Source: Opitutales bacterium
GTDB taxonomy: Bacteria > Verrucomicrobiota > Verrucomicrobiia > Opitutales > T3Sed10-336
Length of the DNA: 64,000 bases
Direction of reading: 5' to 3'
Assembly (NCBI GenBank): GCA_007130045.1
Contig: SLTG01000088.1
Span: 24,647 to 88,646, forward strand
This document shows positions 54,851 through 64,000 of this stretch, piece after piece; the stretch's first letter is position 1, and every line of letters starts with the position of its first letter. The position numbers and the translations under genes were made by a program. The notes below the pieces were generated by a model that was not told the origin of the DNA, did not search any database, and was given only the letters and a program-made list of their open reading frames with translations.

Positions 54851-57739
54851 ATGTTGTTTATGATGAAACTGAAGTTATTTCTGTCGAGCGCCTTCGTTAT
54901 CCTTACGACCGCCTGGTTGCTTTCCGCCGAGCCGCGTCCCCGGCCGTCCGGGCAAAGCGATCTCCCGCCGGATGAAAGCGTCCTTTTCGGCGAACTGGAA
55001 AACGGGCTTCGTTACGCGATCATGCCCAACGGCGAACCGCGGGGCCGGGTCAGTCTCCGGCTCTTCGTTCGCGCGGGTTCGTTGCAGGAAACCGACGATC
55101 AGCGGGGTCTGGCGCATTTTCTGGAGCATATGGCGTTCAACGGGACCGAGAACTTCGCTGCGGGGACGCTTGTCGAGTATTTTCAGAGCCTGGGGATGAG
55201 CTTTGGCGCGGACACAAACGCCTATACCGGATTCGACCGTACGGTGTATCTGATCGAACTTCCCGACAACGAACATTCATCGATCGACGAAGCGCTTCTG
55301 GTGCTCAGGGATTTCGCCGACCGAATGCTCATCGACGAGGAGGAAGTCGAATCGGAGCGCGGGGTGATTTTAAGCGAAAAGCGCACGCGTGACTCCGTGC
55401 GGTTTCGAACCGCGATCGAGGAGTTCTCCTTCCTTCTGCCCGATGCCATTATTTCAGATCGGTTTCCTATTGGAAACGAGGAGGTGATCAAGCAGGCCGG
55501 ACGCGAGGATCTCGTCGAATTCTATGAATCCTGGTATCGCCCGGAAAGGGTCGCCGTCGTGATTGTCGGTGAAGTCGAGCCGGAGGAGGTCGAGCCGTTG
55601 ATCGCGGGGCAATTCTCGGATTTTGCTCCGAAGCGTCCGGAACCGCCCGAGCCGCATCGCGGAGAGGTTGTGGCGCGCGATGGGGCCGCTCGTCTGCACA
55701 CGGAGTCCGAGGCAACCACCACCCGTGTGGCGATCCAGAGTGTGCGACCCTACGAGCCCGCACCCGACACCGCCGAACGGCGTATCGAGCGCCTCACTCG
55801 TTCGGTGGCGATGCAGATGTTGAACCGCCGGCTGGATATCCTGGCGCAGGAGGAGGGCAGTCCGTTTTCGCGCGGATCGGTGGGCGCGTACGACCTGTTC
55901 GATTTTTTCAGCAACGCGTCGATCGAGCTGCATACGCGACCGGACGACTGGAGGGAGGCGCTGAGAACGGCCGAGCGGGAGCTTCGCAGGGCGCTGACAT
56001 TCGGCTTCCATGATGGCGAGCTTCGTGAAATTCGCGCGAATGCGATCAATTCATTCGAGGAAGCCGCGCGCCAGGCGCCGACCCGGCGTTCGCGCCGGCT
56101 TGCGGAAGGGCTCGTCGGGTCTTTTTCGGGCAATACGGTTTTCACCGATCCGCATACGGAACTCGCTTTGATGAAGCCGGCTTTGGAGGCGATGACGGTG
56201 GAGGAATGTCTGGACGCGCTCCGGGAGGCGTTCCCCGAGGGGAACCGCTTCATTTTCGTGACGGGCGACGTTGAGTTTCCCGAACCGGAGGAAACGATCC
56301 GGGGCGTCTATCTGGAAAGCGCGGACGAAGAAGTCGAACCGCCGGAGGCGATGGAGGACGTGGGATTCGCCTACGAGACGTTTGGGGAGCCCGGCGTCGT
56401 GGCCGAAGAGAATCACTTCGAGGACCTGGATGTGCACCAGGTGCGTTTTGAGAACGGGGTGCGATTGAACCTTAAACAGACCGACTTTTCTTCGAATGAG
56501 ATACGGTTGGCGGTGCGAATCGGCGGCGGGCGTTTGACCGAACCCGAGGAGCAGGCGGGACTGGCGCTGTTGGCGTCTCAAACGTTTATCCGCGGAGGAT
56601 TGGGGGAGCATTCGGCCGACGAACTCAGGCGAATCTTTGCCGGGCGCAACGTCGGTTGGGGGTTCTCGGTTTCGGACGACGCGTTCACTTTTGGCGGCGG
56701 CACCACGCCGGACGATCTCGAGGCGCAACTGCATCTGCTCGCCGCGCACCTGACCGACCCCGGTTACAGGGACGAGGCGCTGCGGCGCGCCCGTGACGGA
56801 TTCGATGAGCGTTACGTGGAGGCGCGGCACACCGTTTCCGGGGTCCTTCAGGACCAGGTTTCCGGCTTTCTGGCCGGAGGAGACTTTCGCTTCGGGCTGC
56901 CTCCAAAGGAGGATCTGCTCGCGCTCGATCTCGACGACGTCCGCTCCTGGCTCGCGGAGCCCCTGAGGTCCGGTTATCTGGAGCTTTCAGTCGTGGGAGA
57001 CTTTTCCGCGCCCGGCGATGTGATCGAGGCGGTTGGCGCGACCCTTGGCGCGCTGCCGGAACGACAGCACGAAAAGCCCGGCTTCGAAGACAGGCGCATT
57101 CTGTCCAAGCCTGAACCCGGCGGGAAGAAGAGCTTTGAATTCGAGTCGCGGATACCGAGCGGAGTCGCCGCGGTGTATTGGGCGACGACTGATATGCGGG
57201 ATATTTCGAAAACCCGCCGCTTGAGCGTCCTCGCCAGGGTTTTTTCGGACCGAATGCGGATACGGATTCGCGAGGAAATGGGCGAGGCCTACAGTCCCTA
57301 CGCGGCCAGCAACACCAGCGACACGTACAGGGATTACGGCTGGTTTACCGGGTTGGTCGGTATCGATCCCGGAAAGGCGAAGGAGGTGGCCGAAGTCGTC
57401 GTTGAAATCGCACGGGAGATCCATGAGGGCGAGATCACCGAGGACGAGTTTCAGCGGGCTCTCCGTCCGGTTCTGACCTCTCTGAGGGACACGGTGCGCG
57501 AGAACGGGTATTGGCTCAATTCGGTGCTGGCGAGTTCGCAGGAATACCCGCAACGTCTGGAATGGGCCAGGGAGATGAGCGACGATTTCGAGTCGATTAC
57601 CCCGGAGGAACTGGAGACATTGGCGCGCGAGTACCTGGATCCCGGGGAGGCGTTGCGCATCTTCGTGATTCCCGTGGATTCGGAGGGCGAGGTCCTGGAA
57701 GCGGACGAAGCGGAAACGCCCGTCGGGGCGGAGTACTGA
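54851..57739 (+). CDS. M16 family (pitrilysin/insulinase-like) zinc peptidase, two-unit fusion, secreted
   Basis: About 960 aa with signal peptide MLFMMKLKLFLSSAFVILTTAWLLSA and the inverted zinc motif HFLEHMAFNGT. TTG 54839 is an alternative start. Confidence 0.85.
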   Translation: MLFMMKLKLFLSSAFVILTTAWLLSAEPRPRPSGQSDLPPDESVLFGELENGLRYAIMPNGEPRGRVSLRLFVRAGSLQETDDQRGLAHFLEHMAFNGTENFAAGTLVEYFQSLGMSFGADTNAYTGFDRTVYLIELPDNEHSSIDEALLVLRDFADRMLIDEEEVESERGVILSEKRTRDSVRFRTAIEEFSFLLPDAIISDRFPIGNEEVIKQAGREDLVEFYESWYRPERVAVVIVGEVEPEEVEPLIAGQFSDFAPKRPEPPEPHRGEVVARDGAARLHTESEATTTRVAIQSVRPYEPAPDTAERRIERLTRSVAMQMLNRRLDILAQEEGSPFSRGSVGAYDLFDFFSNASIELHTRPDDWREALRTAERELRRALTFGFHDGELREIRANAINSFEEAARQAPTRRSRRLAEGLVGSFSGNTVFTDPHTELALMKPALEAMTVEECLDALREAFPEGNRFIFVTGDVEFPEPEETIRGVYLESADEEVEPPEAMEDVGFAYETFGEPGVVAEENHFEDLDVHQVRFENGVRLNLKQTDFSSNEIRLAVRIGGGRLTEPEEQAGLALLASQTFIRGGLGEHSADELRRIFAGRNVGWGFSVSDDAFTFGGGTTPDDLEAQLHLLAAHLTDPGYRDEALRRARDGFDERYVEARHTVSGVLQDQVSGFLAGGDFRFGLPPKEDLLALDLDDVRSWLAEPLRSGYLELSVVGDFSAPGDVIEAVGATLGALPERQHEKPGFEDRRILSKPEPGGKKSFEFESRIPSGVAAVYWATTDMRDISKTRRLSVLARVFSDRMRIRIREEMGEAYSPYAASNTSDTYRDYGWFTGLVGIDPGKAKEVAEVVVEIAREIHEGEITEDEFQRALRPVLTSLRDTVRENGYWLNSVLASSQEYPQRLEWAREMSDDFESITPEELETLAREYLDPGEALRIFVIPVDSEGEVLEADEAETPVGAEY

Positions 57740-57753
57740 GTTGCCGGATGGAT

Positions 57754-58344
57754 TCAAATCTCCGGGGGAGGCGGGGGGTGCTTTTTTCGGCGATCCGTTA
57801 CCCCGTGGCGATAGGCCCTGAGCTTCCGGTATTGGGCTTCGCCCTGCCAGGCGCCGATGCGGTACAAGAGGTCGAGAACAATGCCGACGGCAAGGCCGAT
57901 AAAGAATCCGCCGACGATCATGGAGAACATCCAGTTGTCCCACATCCCCGGATCGCCGCCGAAGGTAAAGAAACGAATCACCCGCCTGCCGAGAACGACG
58001 TTGAACCAGTAGATGATCGGGACCGTGAACGGGTTGCTGATCAACTGGAGCCCGCACAGGATCGGAAGGTTCGCCCGAAAAAGAATGGCGGCAAAGAATG
58101 CGAGCACGAGCTGGGCGCCGTAAAGGGGAAGGAACGCGAGAATCGATCCGGCGTAAAAGGCGGGCGATACGTTCGGAACTTTGAACGACCAAAGGAATGG
58201 GCGCTTCCGGGCGTGCCGGGCAAACCATTTGAGAACCGGATAGGTGTCGAGGTTCGAGCGGCGGGGAAGCCAGCGCAGCACCTGCTTCACGCGCCGGATT
58301 CTCGCGTGCCGCTGCAACTTCAACCTTTGCTCTTCGCTATCCAT
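57754..58344 (-). CDS. DUF2062 family membrane protein
   Basis: The start MDSEEQRLKLQRHARIRR gives 196 aa. The core AFYAGSILAFLPLYGAQLVLAFFAAILFRANLPILCGLQLISNPFT matches my recollection of DUF2062. Confidence 0.65.
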   Translation of the reverse strand: MDSEEQRLKLQRHARIRRVKQVLRWLPRRSNLDTYPVLKWFARHARKRPFLWSFKVPNVSPAFYAGSILAFLPLYGAQLVLAFFAAILFRANLPILCGLQLISNPFTVPIIYWFNVVLGRRVIRFFTFGGDPGMWDNWMFSMIVGGFFIGLAVGIVLDLLYRIGAWQGEAQYRKLRAYRHGVTDRRKKHPPPPPEI

Positions 58345-58456
58345 ACAAAAACAAAAGACTGGATCACTCGCGGTCTCTTGATAAGAATACCGGGAGCCCA
58401 AGAATTTCATTCAAAAGATAATCAGACGGATTGTGAAAGGGTTTTTTCTCGATAAT

Positions 58457-59347
58457 ATGCCGAAGACTCAGGAGCCGAAGCGGAGACTCCTGACTCGGAG
58501 GCGTTTCCTTCAGGTTCTCGGGGCGGCGGGCGTTGCGGGAATCTGGGGCTACTGGCACGCCTTTCACTATTCGCCCTACGCTCCGGTGGTGAGCCGCCGG
58601 CGAATCGCGGTAAAGGGGCTTCCTTCGGTGTTTGCCGGACTGAACATCGTCCATTTGACCGACCTGCACCATAGCGACATCGTCCCCATGGCGTACCTTG
58701 AGGATTGTATCAGGAGAGCCAATGCGCTCGATCCCGACGTGGTCTTTCTGACCGGAGATTACATTACGATGGATAGCCAACTCGGGCGCCCGGAGATTCG
58801 AAGACGTTTTCTGGAGCCGCTGAAGAAATTGTTCAGGAATATACGCGCCAGGATCGGTGTGTACGCGGTTTTGGGGAATCACGACGTAGCCGCCGCTTTT
58901 CATGAAATCCGCGACCCGATCGAGCGCGCCGGGATTGTCCTGCTTCAGGACAACCATGTTTTCCTGGAACGGGAAGGCCGGCGTCTTGCCGTGGCGGGGT
59001 TCAGGGACTTCGGCACCCAGATCGTCGATCCTCAGAGAACTTTCGGGGAAATACCCCCGGACGAACCGGCCCTGATTCTCATGCATAATCCCGATTTGTT
59101 TCCGGATCTGGACGAGAACCGCAACGGTTTGATCTTTGCCGGGCACACCCACGGGGGGCAGGTACGAATTCCGTATTACGGTCCAGTCGGAGACTACATT
59201 CCATCCAAGTACGGAAACCGGTATTCGGAGGGGATTTTTCATCGGGGGGATTTGTCGATGCTCGTAAACCGCGGCCTGGGAATGATCCGGATGCCGATTC
59301 GTATTCACTGCCGTCCCGAGATCGCCCAGGTGATTCTGGAGGCGTGA
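58457..59347 (+). CDS. Metallophosphoesterase (calcineurin-like) with a Tat-type signal
   Basis: TRRRFLQVLGAAGVAG twin-arginine leader, plus the motifs HLTDLHH, TGDY, GNHD and GHTHGG. GTG 58433 is an alternative start. Confidence 0.8.
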   Translation: MPKTQEPKRRLLTRRRFLQVLGAAGVAGIWGYWHAFHYSPYAPVVSRRRIAVKGLPSVFAGLNIVHLTDLHHSDIVPMAYLEDCIRRANALDPDVVFLTGDYITMDSQLGRPEIRRRFLEPLKKLFRNIRARIGVYAVLGNHDVAAAFHEIRDPIERAGIVLLQDNHVFLEREGRRLAVAGFRDFGTQIVDPQRTFGEIPPDEPALILMHNPDLFPDLDENRNGLIFAGHTHGGQVRIPYYGPVGDYIPSKYGNRYSEGIFHRGDLSMLVNRGLGMIRMPIRIHCRPEIAQVILEA

Positions 59348-59429
59348 GCGGTCGTTGGTTGCCGGTTGTCCTGTGAGCCGCGGGACACGACAACGGACTG
59401 CCCGCAGCGAACAACGGTCGACCGCTCCG

Positions 59430-60368
59430 CTACACTCCCGCCTTGATTCCGGTGGCGAGGATGGTCTGAAAACGGGGTTCCTGTTTTTCCGTGGTGACGA
59501 CGCCGATCTCGATGTGCTGGAAGCCGGCGCTTCTGAGAAAGGTGTAGAGGGTGTTTTCGGTGAAACCGAGCCAGAGGTCGGCGTAAAGCTCCCGGGCTTT
59601 TTCGAATTCGTGTTCCTTCAAGTCCAGGATGACGATCTGGCCTTCGCGCTTGAGGATACGGCAGGCTTCCTTCACGGCGGTCTGCGGGTGGCGCGCGTGG
59701 TGAAGTGCCTGACTGAGGAGGGCGAGGTCGACCGATTCATCGGGCAACGGCACGTTCTCAATGTCGCCGAGTTTGTATTCCAGATTATTGAGCCGATTCT
59801 TTTTTGCGAGTTCGGTTCCGACCTCGACCATGCGACTGGAATTGTCGATGCAGTAAACGTGTTCGGCCCGCTGGGCCAGGAGTTGGGAAATGAGGCCCTC
59901 GCCCGCGCCGAGGTCGGCGATCGTGATGCGGGGAACGATTTTCAGAAGAAAATGGCCAAAGGCCTGCCACGAACGCCCCGGGCAATAATTTTTTCCGAAT
60001 CGGCCTGCCAGGGAGTTGAAATACTCTTCGGCGAACTGCTGGCGTCGTTCGAGAATGCGCTCGAGGCTCTGCCGATCTTGCCGGACTTCGGGAAGTTCCG
60101 CGACCGCGTTGCACGCTGAACGGATGAGTTCGCGACTGGTTGCCGGAATGTTCGAGTGCAGCGAATAGAAGGTCTTTTTCCCCTGGCGACGATCGGTGAC
60201 GAGCCTTCCCTGGCGAAGGAGGCCAAGATGGGACGAAATCCGGGATTGGCCCATGTCGAGCACTTCCTGAAGCTCGGCGACGGAAAGCTCTTCATTCGCC
60301 AACAACGCGACCAGGCGAAGGCGAGTGCCGTCGGAGAGAAGTTTTAGTGTATCCCAGGGATCAGGCAC
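59430..60368 (-). CDS. ArsR-family HTH regulator fused to a class I SAM-dependent methyltransferase
   Basis: The N-terminus LKLLSDGTRLRLVALLANEELSVAELQEVLDMGQSRISSHLGLLRQ is an ArsR/SmtB wHTH. The central IADLGAGEGL is SAM motif I, and LKREGQIVILD follows. Confidence 0.8.
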   Translation of the reverse strand: MPDPWDTLKLLSDGTRLRLVALLANEELSVAELQEVLDMGQSRISSHLGLLRQGRLVTDRRQGKKTFYSLHSNIPATSRELIRSACNAVAELPEVRQDRQSLERILERRQQFAEEYFNSLAGRFGKNYCPGRSWQAFGHFLLKIVPRITIADLGAGEGLISQLLAQRAEHVYCIDNSSRMVEVGTELAKKNRLNNLEYKLGDIENVPLPDESVDLALLSQALHHARHPQTAVKEACRILKREGQIVILDLKEHEFEKARELYADLWLGFTENTLYTFLRSAGFQHIEIGVVTTEKQEPRFQTILATGIKAGV

Positions 60369-60455
60369 AGGATTTCGGGTGTTTGCCCCGGGACCCTCGT
60401 GCCGGCGACCGGCGCGGAAAACCGGCGACCATTGGTCCTGGAAGTGAAAGAAGGG

Positions 60456-62306
60456 TCATTCTCCCTTGTTGTAAGGGGCGATCGATTCGATCTTCCAGGA
60501 TTCCGCGTTGTCGCCGATCTTAAGTTCGATCGTATCGCCAACCTTGTGTCCGAGCAAACTCTGGCTGAGCGGCGTTTTATACGACAGGACGTTATTGTCT
60601 GGATCGCTGTCCCACGCCCCGAGAATCGAGTACACCACTTTACGGTTTGTCGAGCCCTGCCTGAGACCGACGATGGTTCCGATGCCGACCTGATCGGTTG
60701 GCGCGCTTGTGAAGTCGGTAATCTCGGCGCGGGATAGATCCTTCTCCAGGTTGGCCTTGCGCGCGAGGAGCATTTGCTGGTCCTGCTTGGCCATCTTGTA
60801 CTCGGAATTTTCCCGGAGGTCGCCGTGCTCCATGGCCGTGGCGATGGCCTTGCTGTTTTCGGGAATCCTCTTGCTGACAATATCCTCGTACTCCCTGCCG
60901 CGGCGGTCGTAGCTCTCGCGCGAGACGATCAGGCGTTCGCCCTCGGACTCGGTTTCGCCTGAAACCAGCGACTGAACGCTTGGGAAATGCTTGATGAACC
61001 GTGCGAGGAGGGATTTCTTGGTGAGCTCTTCGAATCCCTGGTTGATCAGCAGGTTGTTCGCGAGATCCCGGGCGATCTCGGTATCGGCCGTGAGCAGCAG
61101 GTCGCGGATCAAGTCCTTGTCGTCGTGCAGAATTTCCGCCAACGGAATCTTTCTCGCCCCGGCCAATTGCAGCGCCTCATAGTCGATCGCATAAAAGATC
61201 GCATTGAGAAGCCGGGGACTGATGAGGCCTTCCAGCACGCCGGAATACTTCCTCGAGTGGCGGTTCTTCACTATCCAGTAAAGCACGGGCGCCCGCAGGT
61301 TCTGCTCGTGAAGCCAGCGCCGGAGTGTGGAGGCGAGTTCTTCCTCGCACTCGTTTTCGATTAGGAAATTGATGCACTCCGTGGTGAATTTGCCGTTGCT
61401 GTTCTTAAGAAGATCGAAAGCCAAAGGTTTCCATTCCCCCGGATAGGTTTCCTTGACGAGAAGCAGGAGTCGATTTTGCTGGTTGCTCGGAAGCGAACCC
61501 GCCATCTGCGAAAGCTCGCTGGCTTCCCGGATCAGCGCGCCCGTCGTCGGATCGAGCGAGGCGACGTCGCGGCCGAGGGTCTTTGCGATGTCGTCCCGAA
61601 TCCATGCTCCCTGCAAGCGCTCCCCGGGCGTGAGCTGATTGCTCTCCCGGATCACCTGGTTCAGATCGTCCAGAACGCGTCCCAGCGGCTCCTGGAGGAC
61701 GGGGCTGGTCTCGCTGTGTTCGAACAATTCGCGGGCCAGGCGAACTTTTCGTTTCGCAGACTGAGTGCCCTCGTAATGCTCGAGGATTTCCTGGTCCGCA
61801 TTGAGGGCCTCTTCCCGTATGTAGTAGCACTCGGTCTTCTTGGCGGGAACGGCGATGTGGGGATCCTTGGCCAGGAGTTTTTTCGCCGATGCCCACCATT
61901 TTTTGAATTTGGCCTTTCCGAGGACCCGCACGAAAAGCGATTCGAGTTCGGTGCCCGTCGCGGCGTTGTTCGGGTACTGGCTCAGCGCGGCTTTGACCAG
62001 CTCGACAGGGTTCTTGTTTATCAGCTCATCAATGGTCTTCGGCTCGGTTTGCTGGCGGACCAACAAATGGTCGTCTGAAAGAATCTCCATGGTCGTGACA
62101 CAGAAGGCCGGGTCCATCGAATGCCCTTCCTTCCCTTCAAAATCAATGACGACCCGGTTGATCGCTTCCTGGTATTCCTTGATGCGTCCAAACCCCCAAC
62201 TCTGGTGGATGCAATACCGGCCGGGCTGCATTTGCAGCAGCTTGGACTTCGCCGGCTTTAATTGCGGATTTTTCTCGATGAGCTCTTGAACTACTTCCTC
62301 GGTCAT
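60456..62306 (-). CDS. GreA-like transcript cleavage factor with a ~460-aa N-terminal extension
   Basis: 616 aa. The last ~150 aa carry GreA hallmarks (GDLRENSEYKMAKQDQ coiled-coil tip with acidic residues, and the C-terminal VVYSILGAWDSDPDNNVLSYKTPLSQSLLGHKVGD). Confidence 0.75.
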   Translation of the reverse strand: MTEEVVQELIEKNPQLKPAKSKLLQMQPGRYCIHQSWGFGRIKEYQEAINRVVIDFEGKEGHSMDPAFCVTTMEILSDDHLLVRQQTEPKTIDELINKNPVELVKAALSQYPNNAATGTELESLFVRVLGKAKFKKWWASAKKLLAKDPHIAVPAKKTECYYIREEALNADQEILEHYEGTQSAKRKVRLARELFEHSETSPVLQEPLGRVLDDLNQVIRESNQLTPGERLQGAWIRDDIAKTLGRDVASLDPTTGALIREASELSQMAGSLPSNQQNRLLLLVKETYPGEWKPLAFDLLKNSNGKFTTECINFLIENECEEELASTLRRWLHEQNLRAPVLYWIVKNRHSRKYSGVLEGLISPRLLNAIFYAIDYEALQLAGARKIPLAEILHDDKDLIRDLLLTADTEIARDLANNLLINQGFEELTKKSLLARFIKHFPSVQSLVSGETESEGERLIVSRESYDRRGREYEDIVSKRIPENSKAIATAMEHGDLRENSEYKMAKQDQQMLLARKANLEKDLSRAEITDFTSAPTDQVGIGTIVGLRQGSTNRKVVYSILGAWDSDPDNNVLSYKTPLSQSLLGHKVGDTIELKIGDNAESWKIESIAPYNKGE

Positions 62307-62381
62307 AATCGATCTGAGAGGTTTTGTTGGTTTGAAAAGAATAATTGTGTCACCTTTTTGTTCTTAATGAAAAGGAAAAAG

Positions 62382-63665
62382 ATGCAGGTGGAAGACGGCT
62401 GGAGTCAGGCGGTTGATCTGACGAGTCAGTACCTGAAAACGAAAAGACGGGCGGATTACCTCTTTGAGAGTATAACCGGTCACATTCACAGCAATGAGCG
62501 TCATCGCTGTCAGAACCTGTTTTACGGCGTCATTCGCAATATAGCGCTCATTGAATGGGCAATCAAACAAAATGTTCGGCGCATGCCCAAAGGGCGGCTG
62601 AAGGCGTTGTTGCTGATCGCCGGTTACGAACTCGTCGAGGCGATCGAGCAGGGAAGAGGGCGCGAGCCTCCCGTCGTTCATCACGCGGTCGAACGGGGAA
62701 AGAACCTGCTGAGTCCGTCGGAGGTTCGCCTGGCCAACGCGGTCTTGCGCCGGCTTCCGGACGCCCTTCGGGACGGACCGCCGGTCCAGTCCGCCGACGC
62801 GGGCGAGCTGGCGCTGCGGCACAGTCATCCCAAGTGGTTGGTATCCCGATGGATTGGCGCGTTCGGGCTGTCGAATACGGCGAAGCTTCTGGAGTGGAAC
62901 CAGGCGCCCGCACCGTATTATATCCGGGTTTTCGGGGATGTTCCGGAATCGGCGTCCGCATTTCTCGAACCGACGCGATGGCCGCGATTTCACCGGGTGG
63001 GAAGCGGGGGATGGGATTGCGCGAAGCGACTCATGGAGAAGGGGTTGGCGTACGCACAGGATCCGTCGACCCGTTTGGCTCCCGAAATCCTCGGGCCTCT
63101 CCCGGGTGAAGCGGTGCTCGATCTCTGCGCGGCGCCCGGAGGGAAAAGCCTCCTGCTTGCCGATCTTATTCGAGACCCGGGCATCCTCGTCAGCCTGGAA
63201 AAGCCGGGCGGGCGCCTGGACCTCCTTCGGGAGAACCTGTCCCGCTATCCCTGGTGCCGGGCGTCGGTGGTCGGCGCCGACCTGCTTGCCGTTTCGCCTT
63301 CCATGATGGAAGCCCGCGGGTTGCCGGGACTCTACGATGCGGTTCTCCTGGATGTCCCCTGTTCGAACACCGGGGTGTTCCGGCGGCGAGTGGACGCACG
63401 ATGGGGGATAACGCCGGAAAACCTGGTCGCCGTGACGGAGTTGCAGGGACGGTTGCTGAGAGCGGCGGCGAACCTGGTCCGTCCCTCCGGGCGACTGGTT
63501 TACAGCACGTGCAGCATCGAACCCGCGGAGAACCGGGAGATCGTCGAGCACTTCGCCGCAGCGCGGGGAGGGGAGTTTGCCCTCGAACACGCCCGGGAGC
63601 ACTACCCCTGGGTCACCGGGCACGACGGCGGAGGAGTTTTCTTGTTGAGGAGGCGCCCGGAATAA
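62382..63665 (+). CDS. rsmB: 16S rRNA (cytosine-C5)-methyltransferase RsmB/Sun family
   Basis: NusB-like N-terminal domain, SAM motif VLDLCAAPGGKS, catalytic DVPCSNTG and YSTCS. ATG 62382 has an AGGA upstream. ATG 62367 is an alternative start. Confidence 0.85.
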   Translation: MQVEDGWSQAVDLTSQYLKTKRRADYLFESITGHIHSNERHRCQNLFYGVIRNIALIEWAIKQNVRRMPKGRLKALLLIAGYELVEAIEQGRGREPPVVHHAVERGKNLLSPSEVRLANAVLRRLPDALRDGPPVQSADAGELALRHSHPKWLVSRWIGAFGLSNTAKLLEWNQAPAPYYIRVFGDVPESASAFLEPTRWPRFHRVGSGGWDCAKRLMEKGLAYAQDPSTRLAPEILGPLPGEAVLDLCAAPGGKSLLLADLIRDPGILVSLEKPGGRLDLLRENLSRYPWCRASVVGADLLAVSPSMMEARGLPGLYDAVLLDVPCSNTGVFRRRVDARWGITPENLVAVTELQGRLLRAAANLVRPSGRLVYSTCSIEPAENREIVEHFAAARGGEFALEHAREHYPWVTGHDGGGVFLLRRRPE

Positions 63666-63740
63666 ACGGGGAAGCGGATTCGAGGAAGTATTCGGCTTGC
63701 CCCCCGGGCGATTCTCTGAGTTTTTCTCCTGATCGCCGGC

Positions 63741-64000
63741 ATGAATCAAAACCCGTCCAGCCATGTGCATTCCGGGAAGCGGAAGCTTCCTCTGGGGGTG
63801 ATCTTCCTGACGCTTTTTATCGATCTCATTGGCTTCTCCATTATCTTTCCGCTGTTTCCGGGAATTCTGGATCATTACCTTGAAATGGAAGGAGATACGG
63901 GACTCCTGGGGGCGTTGCTTTCATTTCTCGAAACGTTCGACCAGCCGGGGGAGGGCAGCGGGCATTTTACCGCCGTGCTGTTCGGAGGCGTGCTGGGATC
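63741..64000 (+). CDS. MFS transporter, 5' fragment (runs off the window)
   Basis: Hand-translated: MNQNPSSHVHSGKRKLPLGVIFLTLFIDLIGFSIIFPLFPGILDHYL... with no stop before nt 64000. The N-terminus is typical of TetA-like MFS proteins. It is not in the ORF track. Confidence 0.6.
   Translation, partial: MNQNPSSHVHSGKRKLPLGVIFLTLFIDLIGFSIIFPLFPGILDHYLEMEGDTGLLGALLSFLETFDQPGEGSGHFTAVLFGGVLG

Noticed and set aside
1-64000. Mobile genetic elements, prophage, defence islands or toxin-antitoxin pairs.
   Set aside because: I recognised no integrase, transposase, recombinase, phage structural, restriction or Cas-like ORF. Apart from the short AT-rich spacers, composition looks uniform.

Overview
GC-rich bacterial chromosomal window with about 50 protein-coding genes, mostly housekeeping or metabolic. 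I recognised no rRNA, tRNA, CRISPR array, transposase or integrase. Gene content suggests the PVC superphylum, most likely a Verrucomicrobiota/Opitutae-like organism. This rests on ACIII respiration, a ~600-aa GreA, prepilin-type N-terminal proteins and sulfatase-fold genes, and is inference only. Layout by region follows. (1) 1-10149: one translationally coupled operon with alternative complex III actB-F, a small acidic-tail membrane protein, a CcoN-like/CcoO-like pair and a membrane-anchored monoheme cytochrome c. (2) proC-hldD and cstA. (3) 14.5-20.7 kb: an AraC-divergent five-gene cluster holding two Gfo/Idh/MocA oxidoreductases, a TIM-barrel isomerase, a sulfatase-fold enzyme and a sulfotransferase. 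(4) HU, an outer-membrane barrel, radC, a cupin and an MsbA-like ABC exporter. (5) Three coupled pseudopilin-like genes. (6) dCMP deaminase, algH-like, hemA, a ccsA-like gene, carA, kamA-like and gltBD. (7) An Nramp-fold outlier, a 2-hydroxyacid dehydrogenase, an M32 carboxypeptidase, thpR and a small ORF. (8) An 828-aa secreted glycosidase-like protein, nadE, rpe, waaA, an M16 peptidase, DUF2062, a metallophosphoesterase, an ArsR-methyltransferase fusion, a long GreA-like factor, rsmB and a partial MFS gene. The strongest observation is that the CcoN-like oxidase subunit inside the ACIII operon has lost most canonical heme/CuB ligands while its CcoO-like partner is intact. Secondary observations are: a sulfatase-fold enzyme with Thr in place of the formylglycine Cys/Ser, coupled to a sulfotransferase; an Nramp-fold protein without the metal-binding motifs; a glycosidase-like protein lacking both catalytic Glu; an orphan pseudopilin trio with atypical leaders; a hairpin (REP-like) repeat family with compensatory stem changes; and an apparent frameshift in thpR. 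All functional calls come from reading the translated ORFs against motifs recalled from memory. No database search was run.
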